Below are positions 38,735-47,772 of a stretch of DNA of 64,000 bases, in pieces (positions within the stretch are counted from its first letter, which is position 1; each line of letters begins with the position of its first letter). Below the pieces are notes generated by a model. That model saw only the letters and a list, made by a program, of their open reading frames with translations. It had not been told where the DNA came from and made no database searches. The DNA comes from an uncultured Clostridia bacterium (GTDB taxonomy: Bacteria > Bacillota > Clostridia > Christensenellales > Borkfalkiaceae), in assembly GCA_947175515.1 (NCBI GenBank), contig CAMWNA010000001.1, positions 637-64,636 of the forward strand, in the 5' to 3' direction. Made by a program: the position numbers and the translations under genes.

Positions 38735-40285
38735 TTATAAAGGCAGATCTTTTTTCTTGAATCTCAGGCTGCCGGCTATATAACATACAATGCCTACAAC
38801 AATCAGAATTGCCCATTTCCATATAAAAGCCGTTGTGCCTTCAAGGATGGAAACCACGTCGAACAATGATATAATCGAAACATAGTTAAAGGCGTTCAAG
38901 GCTTCCATTCTTATGATAGACGGCAGAACGGGCGAACCGAACAAGCCAAGCATAGTAGCGACGAGGAAGAACATATTAAGTCCGCCGCCGAGCGCCATTG
39001 AATGCTTGCTGCGGTTGAAGCAGCACGAAGCAAGGAAACAGATACCGCTCATGGCGAACATTACGAAGAACGCGCCGAGATTGATAAGCGCCAATTTTCC
39101 GTAAGTCAGCTCCGTTGCTACGTCCACGGCGGCAAAACAAATCATACTGGTTACTGTCGTTAATATGAACATAACCAAAATCGAGCTGATAAGATACGCT
39201 GCCTGCGTGAAGGTAACTTCCTTTCGTTTGGTTCCGGAAGAAAGTATATACGCCATAGAACCGCTGTCAACCTGCCCTGCAATAAGCGCGTTGGAAGCCA
39301 TAATCATATAGATGATGGGCAACAGCAACCCTGCCATTTTAAAGAATACAGAGCCGATCAGCGCGCCGTATAAATCCGCCTGTCCTATTTCCTGCAAAGC
39401 GTCGGACATATCCTTCGGCAAAGCCGAAAGCAATCCGCCGGATAAGTTTCCGATAATCTCCGCTTTAATGCTTTCTGTCGTTTCACCGTCTTTGATGTTT
39501 TCAAGCCTGTATGCAAGGTTAGCCCTGTAATTTACCAGTACCTCCAAAGACTTTTGCTTTACGTTGCCGTAATCGCTGAATCCGAACTCCTCGTATTTTT
39601 CCATTGTAATTCCGTAATCGGATAGAATATCGAGCACGGCTTGAATATTTTCTTCCTTTACCATATTGCCGGCAAGGAATACAGAGCCGTTTGCCATAAC
39701 GTACTTTTCACGTTCTTCCTTATGTCCTTCTTCAAAAACGGTGGGAAGCAAAGCGTCGTATCTGGGAGCTTCTTCCCCGAGTTCTTTATAAAAGCTGTCG
39801 AACATATACGTTCCGTCGGCTTGCAGCGGATTAAGTATATAGAACATTACGCCTTTTATTTCCTGCGCTTCCTGCGAATCCTCGGCATAGCCCTTTGCCG
39901 CAATGACCGAGGCATAATATACCTGCATATCTTCCGCCGCAGCTGAATATGCGCTTACGCTTGCAAGCTGTTTAGCTTCCGCCTCGGACTTGCCAGACTG
40001 CAAAGCCTGCGCATATACGGCAACGTATTTTTCTTTAAACTTTTCGTCAAAACGCTCAAGCGCGCCGTTTGCGAGCTCGTAATAATTCATTGCCCTGCCC
40101 TGTATCTGCGAATCGAGTTCACCCTTTATAATTGCGTCCTCAACCACGGCTTTTGTTTCGCCTAAATTTCCGTTGCCCGAAATCAGCATAACGCAGCAAA
40201 GCATAAAGCATACCGCAGCGGTAATGATAATCCACATAATGCCGTTTGCTTTGCAGGATTGCTTGAATAACGATTTACTGAACAT
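38735..40285 (-). CDS. ABC transporter permease (ABC-2 type: large extracytoplasmic domain after TM1, C-terminal TM bundle)
   Basis: Start MFSKSLFKQ at 40285 sits behind AAGGAG. N-terminal TM, ~270-aa soluble loop, then 5 TM helices. Follows two ATPase genes. Confidence 0.75.
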   Translation of the reverse strand: MFSKSLFKQSCKANGIMWIIITAAVCFMLCCVMLISGNGNLGETKAVVEDAIIKGELDSQIQGRAMNYYELANGALERFDEKFKEKYVAVYAQALQSGKSEAEAKQLASVSAYSAAAEDMQVYYASVIAAKGYAEDSQEAQEIKGVMFYILNPLQADGTYMFDSFYKELGEEAPRYDALLPTVFEEGHKEEREKYVMANGSVFLAGNMVKEENIQAVLDILSDYGITMEKYEEFGFSDYGNVKQKSLEVLVNYRANLAYRLENIKDGETTESIKAEIIGNLSGGLLSALPKDMSDALQEIGQADLYGALIGSVFFKMAGLLLPIIYMIMASNALIAGQVDSGSMAYILSSGTKRKEVTFTQAAYLISSILVMFILTTVTSMICFAAVDVATELTYGKLALINLGAFFVMFAMSGICFLASCCFNRSKHSMALGGGLNMFFLVATMLGLFGSPVLPSIIRMEALNAFNYVSIISLFDVVSILEGTTAFIWKWAILIVVGIVCYIAGSLRFKKKDLPL

Positions 40286-41192
40286 TTGATTTAATCTCCT
40301 TTTCACGGTTTAATACTTTTTTAAAATGCTTTTCCAGATTGTATTTTACTTCCGTAATGAACTTTACCCGATATTCTTTCAGATCGCGGAATAAGCCGTT
40401 AAGCTTATCTCCGGAAATTGAAATAGTTACCTGATAGTATTGCGGTTGGTCCCTTATAACCTCATAACCTGCCGCCTTGAATCTGCGGTAATCAGCCTCT
40501 TCAACAAACTCTATTTTGTATTCCTTGATTTTACGGTTTCTGATGTCCTCCAGAACGGCTATATCCTCAATTCTGCCGTCCCTTATAAGGGCAACCCTGT
40601 CGCACGTTGTTTCCAGCTCCTCGAACATATGGCTGCTCATAAAAATCGTTTTGCCCTTTGCATGCTCGGCTTTTATGATTTCAAGGAAAGCGTCGCGCAT
40701 AAGCGGATCCAGTCCCGTAGTCGGCTCGTCCAGAATAATAATTTCAGGGTCAGCCATAAGCGCCGCCACGATTGCCGTCTTTTGCTTCATACCTTTGCTC
40801 ATACGTTTTAACGAAGCGCGCGGATCAAGCTGCAGCTTCTCTATAACGTATTCTGCATAGGACGTATCTGAAACGCCTAAAAATTCCGCTTGGCTTTTCA
40901 GAAATTCCGTACCTGTGGGCAGGTCGGGGAAGGCAATTTCCCCGGGCACGTATCCAATGCTTTTAACTATCTCGCTGGAATGCGTCCACGCTTCCAGACC
41001 GTTTACATAAGCCGCGCCGTCCGTAGGCTTCAAAAACCCCATAATATTGCGGATAGTGGTCGTTTTTCCGCTGCCGTTCGTTCCGGCAAATCCTAGCATT
41101 TCACCCTTGTTTATGGAAAGGTTTATGTTAAAGATTCCGCGGCCTTCACCGTAATCTTTGGTAAGGTCTTTTATTTCGATAACCGTTTGCAT
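40275..41192 (-). CDS. ABC transporter ATP-binding protein
   Basis: Walker A GTNGSGKTT, signature MSKGMKQK, Walker B IIILDEPTTGLD; 305 aa. Confidence 0.9.
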   Translation of the reverse strand: MQTVIEIKDLTKDYGEGRGIFNINLSINKGEMLGFAGTNGSGKTTTIRNIMGFLKPTDGAAYVNGLEAWTHSSEIVKSIGYVPGEIAFPDLPTGTEFLKSQAEFLGVSDTSYAEYVIEKLQLDPRASLKRMSKGMKQKTAIVAALMADPEIIILDEPTTGLDPLMRDAFLEIIKAEHAKGKTIFMSSHMFEELETTCDRVALIRDGRIEDIAVLEDIRNRKIKEYKIEFVEEADYRRFKAAGYEVIRDQPQYYQVTISISGDKLNGLFRDLKEYRVKFITEVKYNLEKHFKKVLNREKEIKSNVQ

Positions 41193-42121
41193 TATTGTAA
41201 AGCACCTCCGAAATTCTTGTCTTCCTTGTAATAGCTCATAAAATAGTCTTCAAGCGTTTCCTTCAAGTGGCTGAAATTACATACCGAATACTCGGACAGC
41301 GTTGCGACAACCTGATTAATAAATTTATCGTCGGTTGATATGATAACGCTTTTCTTTTTCGGGTCGTTTCCGACAGCTTTTAAAATTTTACTCTTTCGGC
41401 TGTTATCAATGAATTTAGCATAATTTGCTTCGTCAGTAAATACAATTTCATAATTTTTCTGCGATGCGTGCTTTAAGTCGTCCGCAATAAAATCGGAAAC
41501 TATTTTTCCGTCCTTGATTATGGCAATGCGGTCGCAGGTCGCGTCCACTTCTGAGAAGATGTGGCTTGAAAGCAGAATTGTTTTTCCGCGTTCTTTTTCG
41601 TGTCTGATAAATTCGATAAACGTTTCCTGCATAACGGGGTCGAGTCCGCTGGTCGGCTCGTCAAGTATAAGTACATCGGGGTCGCTCATAAACGCGGTTA
41701 CTACCGCAAGCTTTCGCTTTACGCCCAAGCTCATCCGCTTTGTTTCGCCCTCGGGATTAAGTTCGAATATTTTCAAAAGATAATTGAGATGCTCTTCATT
41801 ATGACGCTTTTGTAAATTCTGCATCATTCTTATAAACTCCCAGCCCGTTAAACCTGCCGGCAAAGCAATTTCACCGGGAATATATCCTACGTTTCCCAAA
41901 ATTTCGAAATATCTGTCGAACGTGTCTTTACCAAAAATTTGCGTTTGTCCGCTCTGCGGTTTTGAGAACCCCATTAAATGTCTGATTGTGGTTGATTTGC
42001 CTGCGCCGTTCGGTCCGAGAAAGCCGAACACTTCGCCTTTTTCAACCTGAAAGGAAACGTCGAAAACTCCGCGCCCCGAACCGTAGTCCTTCGTAAGATG
42101 ATTTACATTTATTACGCTCAT
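41192..42121 (-). CDS. ABC transporter ATP-binding protein (second, distinct copy)
   Basis: Walker A GPNGAGKST, signature MSLGVKRK, Walker B VLILDEPTSGLD; 309 aa; 1-nt overlap with the next ATPase gene. Confidence 0.9.
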   Translation of the reverse strand: MSVINVNHLTKDYGSGRGVFDVSFQVEKGEVFGFLGPNGAGKSTTIRHLMGFSKPQSGQTQIFGKDTFDRYFEILGNVGYIPGEIALPAGLTGWEFIRMMQNLQKRHNEEHLNYLLKIFELNPEGETKRMSLGVKRKLAVVTAFMSDPDVLILDEPTSGLDPVMQETFIEFIRHEKERGKTILLSSHIFSEVDATCDRIAIIKDGKIVSDFIADDLKHASQKNYEIVFTDEANYAKFIDNSRKSKILKAVGNDPKKKSVIISTDDKFINQVVATLSEYSVCNFSHLKETLEDYFMSYYKEDKNFGGALQ

Positions 42122-42182
42122 ATAAGCTCCTTTTAATATTTTTGTTTGCCATAAGTTTGTTCAATCGGTTTTGTCCGCAAAA

Positions 42183-42770
42183 TCATTTGCGTGACATCGA
42201 GTCGGGAAAATTATCCGGCATCTGATGCTTAACTATCTTCACTGTATTCAAAATAACGACGGCGTTCAATATTCCCTCCCAGATAAGCGATACTCCCAAT
42301 AAAATTATCAGCGCCCTTAGGCTTTCGGAAGGGAAGAATATAAGCAGTGCGCCTGCTACGCAGCCGACGAGGGCGACAGTTAAAATGACGTACCACCGTT
42401 TAATGCCGAATTTTTTTGCGTCGAACGCAATCGAAGCTTTGAAAAGTCCGTCCACGAAAATTGAAATACCAAATACTATACAGACGAAATTTATTATCTC
42501 TTGGGTTTTAACCAAAACGCCTATGCCAAATACGATAAGCGCAATGCCTAATTGAAGGTCGTATTGGAATGCAAGCCTGAAAAGGTCCTTTGAAAAATAT
42601 CCGCCAAGCTTAAAGACGCCCGATATTATCAAAAGAATGCCGACGGTTATGCCGATTACCTTTTCGGAAATATCAGGCATTGCAATAATGATTATTCCGA
42701 AAACGCAGAGGCAAACGGACGTCAGAATATTTATGATTTTTGCTGTTTTTATAGGTATGACAGACCGCAT
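42183..42770 (-). CDS. DUF308/HdeD-like membrane protein
   Basis: 195 aa with six evenly spaced TM helices bearing repeated G..LI.SG/EG motifs, as in HdeD-family proteins. Confidence 0.55.
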   Translation of the reverse strand: MRSVIPIKTAKIINILTSVCLCVFGIIIIAMPDISEKVIGITVGILLIISGVFKLGGYFSKDLFRLAFQYDLQLGIALIVFGIGVLVKTQEIINFVCIVFGISIFVDGLFKASIAFDAKKFGIKRWYVILTVALVGCVAGALLIFFPSESLRALIILLGVSLIWEGILNAVVILNTVKIVKHQMPDNFPDSMSRK

Positions 42771-42899
42771 ATCGTTTTCTCCCTTCGGCTGATAATTTCA
42801 TTATAGGCTCATAAAACTTATTTGAAAACGGGCAAAAGAATACGCCGTGCCTAAAAATTAGGCACGGCGGTAAATTTAACTGTAATTCAGACAAACACG

Positions 42900-43472
42900 T
42901 TAATTTGCCTGAGTATTGCTCTCTTCGCTCCTTTTGAAAAGTTCTTCAACCATTCCCTTGCGCAGCTCGCATAAACGGTTGTTGACGGCTAAAATATCTT
43001 CCTTCATTCCGCTGTCAAGCCATTCGGAAACCTGACCGAAAATTTCGCACTTGTAGTACTTGATAATAATATCCCTATCCGTTTCCGAAACGTTATATAC
43101 GCCGAACGCGGTAGAAATATACGTCGTTACAACGTAGCGGCAGGCTTCCCATAAATACCGCTCGAAAATATCGCGGTTCAATGAATTGTAAATGTGGAAA
43201 ACCGCTTTCTTGTTTTGCAAGGCAAATTCAACCGAAATTTTCAAACATTCTTCAAACGAGGATATGGTAGGATATTGCTTGATAATCCTATCCGATTCCT
43301 CCCTGATAATTTCTTCAAGTAAGGCAGGTATATCCTGATAATGATAGTAAAAAGAGTTACGGTTTATTCCGCAATCCGTTACTATATCCTTGATGGTAAT
43401 TTTATTCAACGGACGCTCGTTAAGCAGCTTCAAAAAAGAAGCCTTTATCGCGTTTTTCGTAAAATTAGGCAT
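42900..43472 (-). CDS. TetR/AcrR-family transcriptional regulator (DhaS-like subgroup)
   Basis: N-terminal HTH ITIKDIVTDCGINRNSFYYHYQDIPALLEEI; 190 aa. Confidence 0.85.
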   Translation of the reverse strand: MPNFTKNAIKASFLKLLNERPLNKITIKDIVTDCGINRNSFYYHYQDIPALLEEIIREESDRIIKQYPTISSFEECLKISVEFALQNKKAVFHIYNSLNRDIFERYLWEACRYVVTTYISTAFGVYNVSETDRDIIIKYYKCEIFGQVSEWLDSGMKEDILAVNNRLCELRKGMVEELFKRSEESNTQAN

Positions 43473-44095
43473 TTGACCTCACAAAACGATATTGTCGCTT
43501 TAATTTTAGCATATGCCGCCAAATTTTTCAAGCTATATAATATCGGTAATTTGCAACTCGTCGTTTTAAACCCGAACAAATAAAAAAACCGGACTATAAA
43601 CTTAAAAATTTACAGACCGGTTTTCTGGCGCTTGTGATCAGACTTGTAAGAAGCGGCATGCCGCGACAGAGTAGCGTATTGTTACTTTTGCTTGCAAAAG
43701 TCAATCGCGTTCCGTATATGGTTGTTACATCGGATTTTAAGGCATATGCGTCAAATTTTCGTATTATTTAGACCGCACAAAATAAGGGCATTTTCAGCCA
43801 AAAACTCGCTAAAAACACCCTAAAATCAATACATTTCTTATATTTTCACAACTTATCCGTTTGTTAAAATTTCCCTAAAATCAGCAACTTCCCAAAACTT
43901 CCCAATTTCTTTCACAAAAATGAGCTAGCTTTTATAATTTTTTGCAAATTAAATAGCTAAATAGTTGAATATAAAAATCAATTAAAGCTTTGCTTAAAAC
44001 AAGTAGTTATAAAATAAAGTTAATAGCATAAAAGTGCGTGGCAGATTTTAGAATAATAAACAATTTCATGCCAAAATCAAAAAGCTAAACATAAT

Positions 44096-44143
44096 TTAAT
44101 CTATAAAGGGCAAGCGCAAAAGCGCCCGCCCTTTATAGATTAA
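44096..44143. terminator. Long perfect hairpin / terminator at the low-coordinate end of the AT-rich island
   Basis: 15-bp perfect arms TTAATCTATAAAGGG / CCCTTTATAGATTAA enclose a GCGC-AAAA-GCGC inner stem, 48 nt past the kinase-Nudix stop. Confidence 0.7.
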
Positions 44144-44190
44144 ATTAATTCTTATAGATATGTCCACTTCGCATTGATTAATCATTGAGT

Positions 44191-45618
44191 TTATTGGAAA
44201 TCGAAGAACGAAATTTGTGTTTTCGCTAGTTTTACATTAATACCAAAACATTTTTTTATAATTTCTATGCTCCAAGCTTCTAAAGACTCATTTTCATTTT
44301 CTATCAATTCATTTATATTGAGAAATTTCCCACTTTTACTTTTCCCTCTATTTTGAATGAGTTCTTCTGAGTCTATTGTTAATTTTTTCTTATCATCAAC
44401 TTTAATATGATAACAAATTGCAATATGTCTCTTGCTCCTTTCTAAATCAGGAGTGTAAATGCAGAAAGGCGTTGTATTTTCTAAAGAGAAGTTTACTCCA
44501 ATCTCTTCTCGCATTTCACGCAAAAGCGTATAATTGAAAATAGATAAATTATTGTGAGTATCTTTATCTGTTTTATCTTCAATTCTTGTATGCCCACCAA
44601 TATAAATTAGTAGCTTATCTTTTTCAGGATCATCATCAGAAACTGCTTTTGTCGTTTTTTTGACTGTGAGAACTCTTTTTGCTTTATAATCAGTTATTAC
44701 GACTATAGGTATAGGTTGTATTGCTTCATCATTGATTTCAACCTTTTCTCGTAGATCAAATTTTAAACTGCCGTTTAAAATTTTATTAAATTCATCAAAT
44801 TCGATGATTCGATGGTTCATCAAATATTCTTTGGCTTCACTTGAAGGGACAAAGTATCCAATTCGCTCCATTAATGTTTCCTTTAAAGTCGATAATACCT
44901 TTTTAGTTACTTCATAACTTACATCATTTTGATCCATATCTGAAGTATCCATAGGAATAATATTATGAAAATATTTCTTTTTAATATTAATTGTATTATG
45001 TATTGCTTCTTGATATTCGCCAAGAGTTTGATTATTCATTATTGTTCCCGTTTGGTCGGGTTTTAATAATAGTTTAGCATATTCACGATTTAAAGAAACT
45101 TCAGGTCTAGATTCAAAAGCGAAAATAATATCAATTTGCTTAGTAAATTCTTCCATTAAAAGAGGTGCTTCTATATTGTTTTTTTGTATTTTTGTAAGGC
45201 GTTTAATTTTATATAGCCATTCAAACCAACACATTGCATCAAATATACCCCTATCGATGATTAAAATGTCTGGTTTTTCACTTTTTCGATCAAGTATGGC
45301 CAACATATCAACTAAAGACTGATAGGCGGTCCATACGTTAAAAGTATAGTTTTGTTTGTCCGCAACAGGACATATACTTGCTTTTTCCTGTATTACTTCA
45401 ACTTTAAATTGATTTCTTTTTAGAAACAATTGTAAAGAACCTATAGAGGATGTTTTCCCGGACTTTGGAGAACCACTAAATTCAATAATAATTGGACGCA
45501 TTTGCCTATGCGTATTCTTTAGTTCTAAAACTTCTTTTGCTAATGTTGATAATTCTTTAATGTTTTTTTCTTTTTGTTTCTGTGCTTCATCTTTTTTCGT
45601 TGTCATCTTCGGTTTCAT
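44191..45618 (-). CDS. Fusion protein: N-terminal thymidylate/deoxynucleoside-kinase-like P-loop domain plus C-terminal Nudix-like hydrolase
   Basis: Walker A FSGSPKSGKTS and a DR motif (ILIIDRGIFD) as in Tmk/dNK-fold kinases. The C-terminus has GGHTRIE...REMREEIGV, i.e. the REUxEExGU part of the Nudix box with a longer than canonical spacer. RBS GAGGG lies 8 nt before ATG 45618. Confidence 0.7.
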   Translation of the reverse strand: MKPKMTTKKDEAQKQKEKNIKELSTLAKEVLELKNTHRQMRPIIIEFSGSPKSGKTSSIGSLQLFLKRNQFKVEVIQEKASICPVADKQNYTFNVWTAYQSLVDMLAILDRKSEKPDILIIDRGIFDAMCWFEWLYKIKRLTKIQKNNIEAPLLMEEFTKQIDIIFAFESRPEVSLNREYAKLLLKPDQTGTIMNNQTLGEYQEAIHNTINIKKKYFHNIIPMDTSDMDQNDVSYEVTKKVLSTLKETLMERIGYFVPSSEAKEYLMNHRIIEFDEFNKILNGSLKFDLREKVEINDEAIQPIPIVVITDYKAKRVLTVKKTTKAVSDDDPEKDKLLIYIGGHTRIEDKTDKDTHNNLSIFNYTLLREMREEIGVNFSLENTTPFCIYTPDLERSKRHIAICYHIKVDDKKKLTIDSEELIQNRGKSKSGKFLNINELIENENESLEAWSIEIIKKCFGINVKLAKTQISFFDFQ

Positions 45619-46198
45619 TGTTGTTTCCCTCTTCTGAAATATTTAATTTTTGAGATATTTTAAATCGACTAAACGCATCAAATTTATCAAGTAAATTACC
45701 AATCGAAAATCCAATAATACAAGATATTATCACTGAAAAATAAAAAAATCTATCATTAATAATATAATCCATAGATGAAGTTATAAGGATAAAGCCACCC
45801 AATAAGCTAAACACCGCTATTATAACAAACACGATGGCAAATAAAGGTCTTAAAATAAAATATAACACGTTTCCCAAAATTTGTTCACTAAAATCATCTC
45901 TAGGGTTATCGTTTTTTTTAATTATATCAATTCTTTTATCGATACATGCCTTATAAATTAATTGCAAATATTGAATTGAGCAAAAAGCACAAGTCATTCC
46001 AATCGAACATAAAATTGTAGTCAATAAGAGATTAGCCTTCAAATAGTATTCCAAATTAGATAAAATTATTATTGACCCAGTAATACCCAAAATTAATAAT
46101 AAAACGTAGTAAACAATGATAAGTACTGACCATGTTTTTGTAAGTGTGTATCTTAGATTCTTTCTCTTTTGCCATTTGGCATCTTTTTTATTGTCCAT
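45587..46198 (-). CDS. Four-TM membrane protein of unknown function
   Basis: 203 aa with a basic N-terminus, four hydrophobic helices and an acidic C-tail (EEGNNNETEDDNEKR). Its 3' end overlaps the kinase-Nudix start by 32 nt. Confidence 0.6.
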   Translation of the reverse strand: MDNKKDAKWQKRKNLRYTLTKTWSVLIIVYYVLLLILGITGSIIILSNLEYYLKANLLLTTILCSIGMTCAFCSIQYLQLIYKACIDKRIDIIKKNDNPRDDFSEQILGNVLYFILRPLFAIVFVIIAVFSLLGGFILITSSMDYIINDRFFYFSVIISCIIGFSIGNLLDKFDAFSRFKISQKLNISEEGNNNETEDDNEKR

Positions 46199-46400
46199 AA
46201 AAATCTTTACCTAAGTAATTATAGTATTATTATAGCATAAAAATATTTTGATTTCAATAGTGAATAACACTAAACGCTATAAATAACTATCAGCCGCATA
46301 TTCATCAATTCTGTCTTAATGATACTATTAAAACAAATTATTGCTCCCATTTTTTGCAGAATATAAACAACTAAACTAAATCTTGATTACAAGAAACATT

Positions 46401-46853
46401 TTAACGATTCTTTATAACTATCTTAAAAAAGTTTATACATGTCAAAACTAATAATATGATTGCAAAAATAAAACAAGCAATTGAAAACGAATTTAATATA
46501 TGTTGCGCCAACAAATATTCTTGCTCCGAATAAATGCAAATAGAAATAATAGAAACTATTATAACTACAGTAAACGAGATAATACTTATAATAAAATTGC
46601 GAGCAACTTGCTTATAGTAACCTTGCTTAATCAATGCTACTTTTATTTCCTCTCGTAAAGGAATTGAGTAATAAATTCCCAGAGCAGAAATTGTAAAACC
46701 AATAAATATACCTGCAGTTGTTAGTAGGGTAGAAGGCAGTTGTTCCGGGTTTATGATTAAAACATTTGTTGCCCCTAAAATTATAAAAGTAATTAATATT
46801 GTCAAACTTACTGCGGCTGAAACTATAATATGCTTTTCATTGGGTTTAATCAT
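46401..46853 (-). CDS. Four-TM small membrane protein of unknown function
   Basis: 150 aa with four hydrophobic helices. The start lies 5 nt after the stop of the 303-aa gene. Confidence 0.6.
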   Translation of the reverse strand: MIKPNEKHIIVSAAVSLTILITFIILGATNVLIINPEQLPSTLLTTAGIFIGFTISALGIYYSIPLREEIKVALIKQGYYKQVARNFIISIISFTVVIIVSIISICIYSEQEYLLAQHILNSFSIACFIFAIILLVLTCINFFKIVIKNR

Positions 46854-46858
46854 AATTA

Positions 46859-47770
46859 TTACTCCACATAGTTACTAAGAGCCAACACTAATTTGGTTTT
46901 TATTTTATCATACTTTTGCAAGTCAATATCATCTAAAGTTAAAACGGTTTTAACGGTAAAGTAATCTTCAAACAAATGTGTTATGTACTCGTTAAATTCC
47001 TCGTCTTGAAATTTTAAAACAGGTTTTTTAACTTTAATATGCCGATTAGGGTCTTGCACAATTTCTTTAATTAAATGTTTTGTAGGTCGTCTTACTTTAA
47101 TATAAATTGAAAACGAATTGATATTTCTATCCCAGTTTAGTGTCTGGTCAAGAGATTTTGAAATATCTCCACCGTTGTCCGCTATTTGGAATTCTATAGA
47201 CTGAAGTTTTTGCGAACGCTCAATTTTTTTAAGCAAATCGGCATTGCCCAAATAGTGAATAGAAATATTAATTTTACTATATTCAGATATGTATTTAGTA
47301 AGAAGTTTGTTTATATTTTTTAAACCTTTTTGCCCAATATAAACTATAGCCTTTTTCTCAATATCAATATAGAAAAAAGTAAAATATTTTATAATGATTG
47401 ATTTTATGCTTTCATTATTGGATGAATCTCGATACTCTTCCAATAAGTCATCAAATTCACGCTCGGTTGATATTTCGCCGAAATAATACTTATCAGTTGC
47501 CTCAATAATACGAATGCAATACCTTTGCTTATCACATTCATAATCAAAAGTACCTTTATCTGTATTATAGCTTTCATTAGAAATATTAAATGCACGTTCT
47601 AGGGCAGTTCGCAAATTAATCATTTGATCGCCAAAAACCCCAAACTGCTCAAAACTTGGGCTATCTATTTTCGCAAAACAGATAGTTTTAGAAAGTCCAC
47701 GTTCTTTTTTCTTCTTTTGTGGTATATTATCTCCAAATAAATTTTCCACTTCATCCTCCGTAAAATTCAT
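46859..47770 (-). CDS. Hypothetical protein, no recognisable domain
   Basis: 303-aa uninterrupted ORF, Lys/Ile/Asn-rich. Its ATG lies 2 nt after the upstream stop and its stop lies 5 nt before the next start. Confidence 0.55.
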   Translation of the reverse strand: MNFTEDEVENLFGDNIPQKKKKERGLSKTICFAKIDSPSFEQFGVFGDQMINLRTALERAFNISNESYNTDKGTFDYECDKQRYCIRIIEATDKYYFGEISTEREFDDLLEEYRDSSNNESIKSIIIKYFTFFYIDIEKKAIVYIGQKGLKNINKLLTKYISEYSKINISIHYLGNADLLKKIERSQKLQSIEFQIADNGGDISKSLDQTLNWDRNINSFSIYIKVRRPTKHLIKEIVQDPNRHIKVKKPVLKFQDEEFNEYITHLFEDYFTVKTVLTLDDIDLQKYDKIKTKLVLALSNYVE

Positions 47771-47772
47771 CT

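Noticed and set aside
42673-42894. 73-aa minus-strand ORF overlapping the start of the DUF308 gene
   Set aside because: It overlaps the better-supported membrane-protein ORF out of frame and has no RBS. The region is more likely to be the TetR-DUF308 intergenic promoter region.
43620-43760. Possible tRNA or tRNA fragment as the island integration target next to the TetR gene
   Set aside because: I could not fold a cloverleaf. There is no GTTCRANNC T-loop with a matching acceptor stem and no anticodon-arm geometry. No integrase is nearby in the window.
46401-47770. Assigning the 303-aa protein plus 4-TM protein to Kiwa (KwaB/KwaA), or to CBASS/Pycsar (cyclase plus TM effector)
   Set aside because: The gene order is opposite to canonical Kiwa, where the TM gene comes first. 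I cannot verify DUF4868 similarity by eye, and I found no GS...DxD nucleotidyltransferase or class III cyclase motifs. It is kept as a hypothesis to test and not called.
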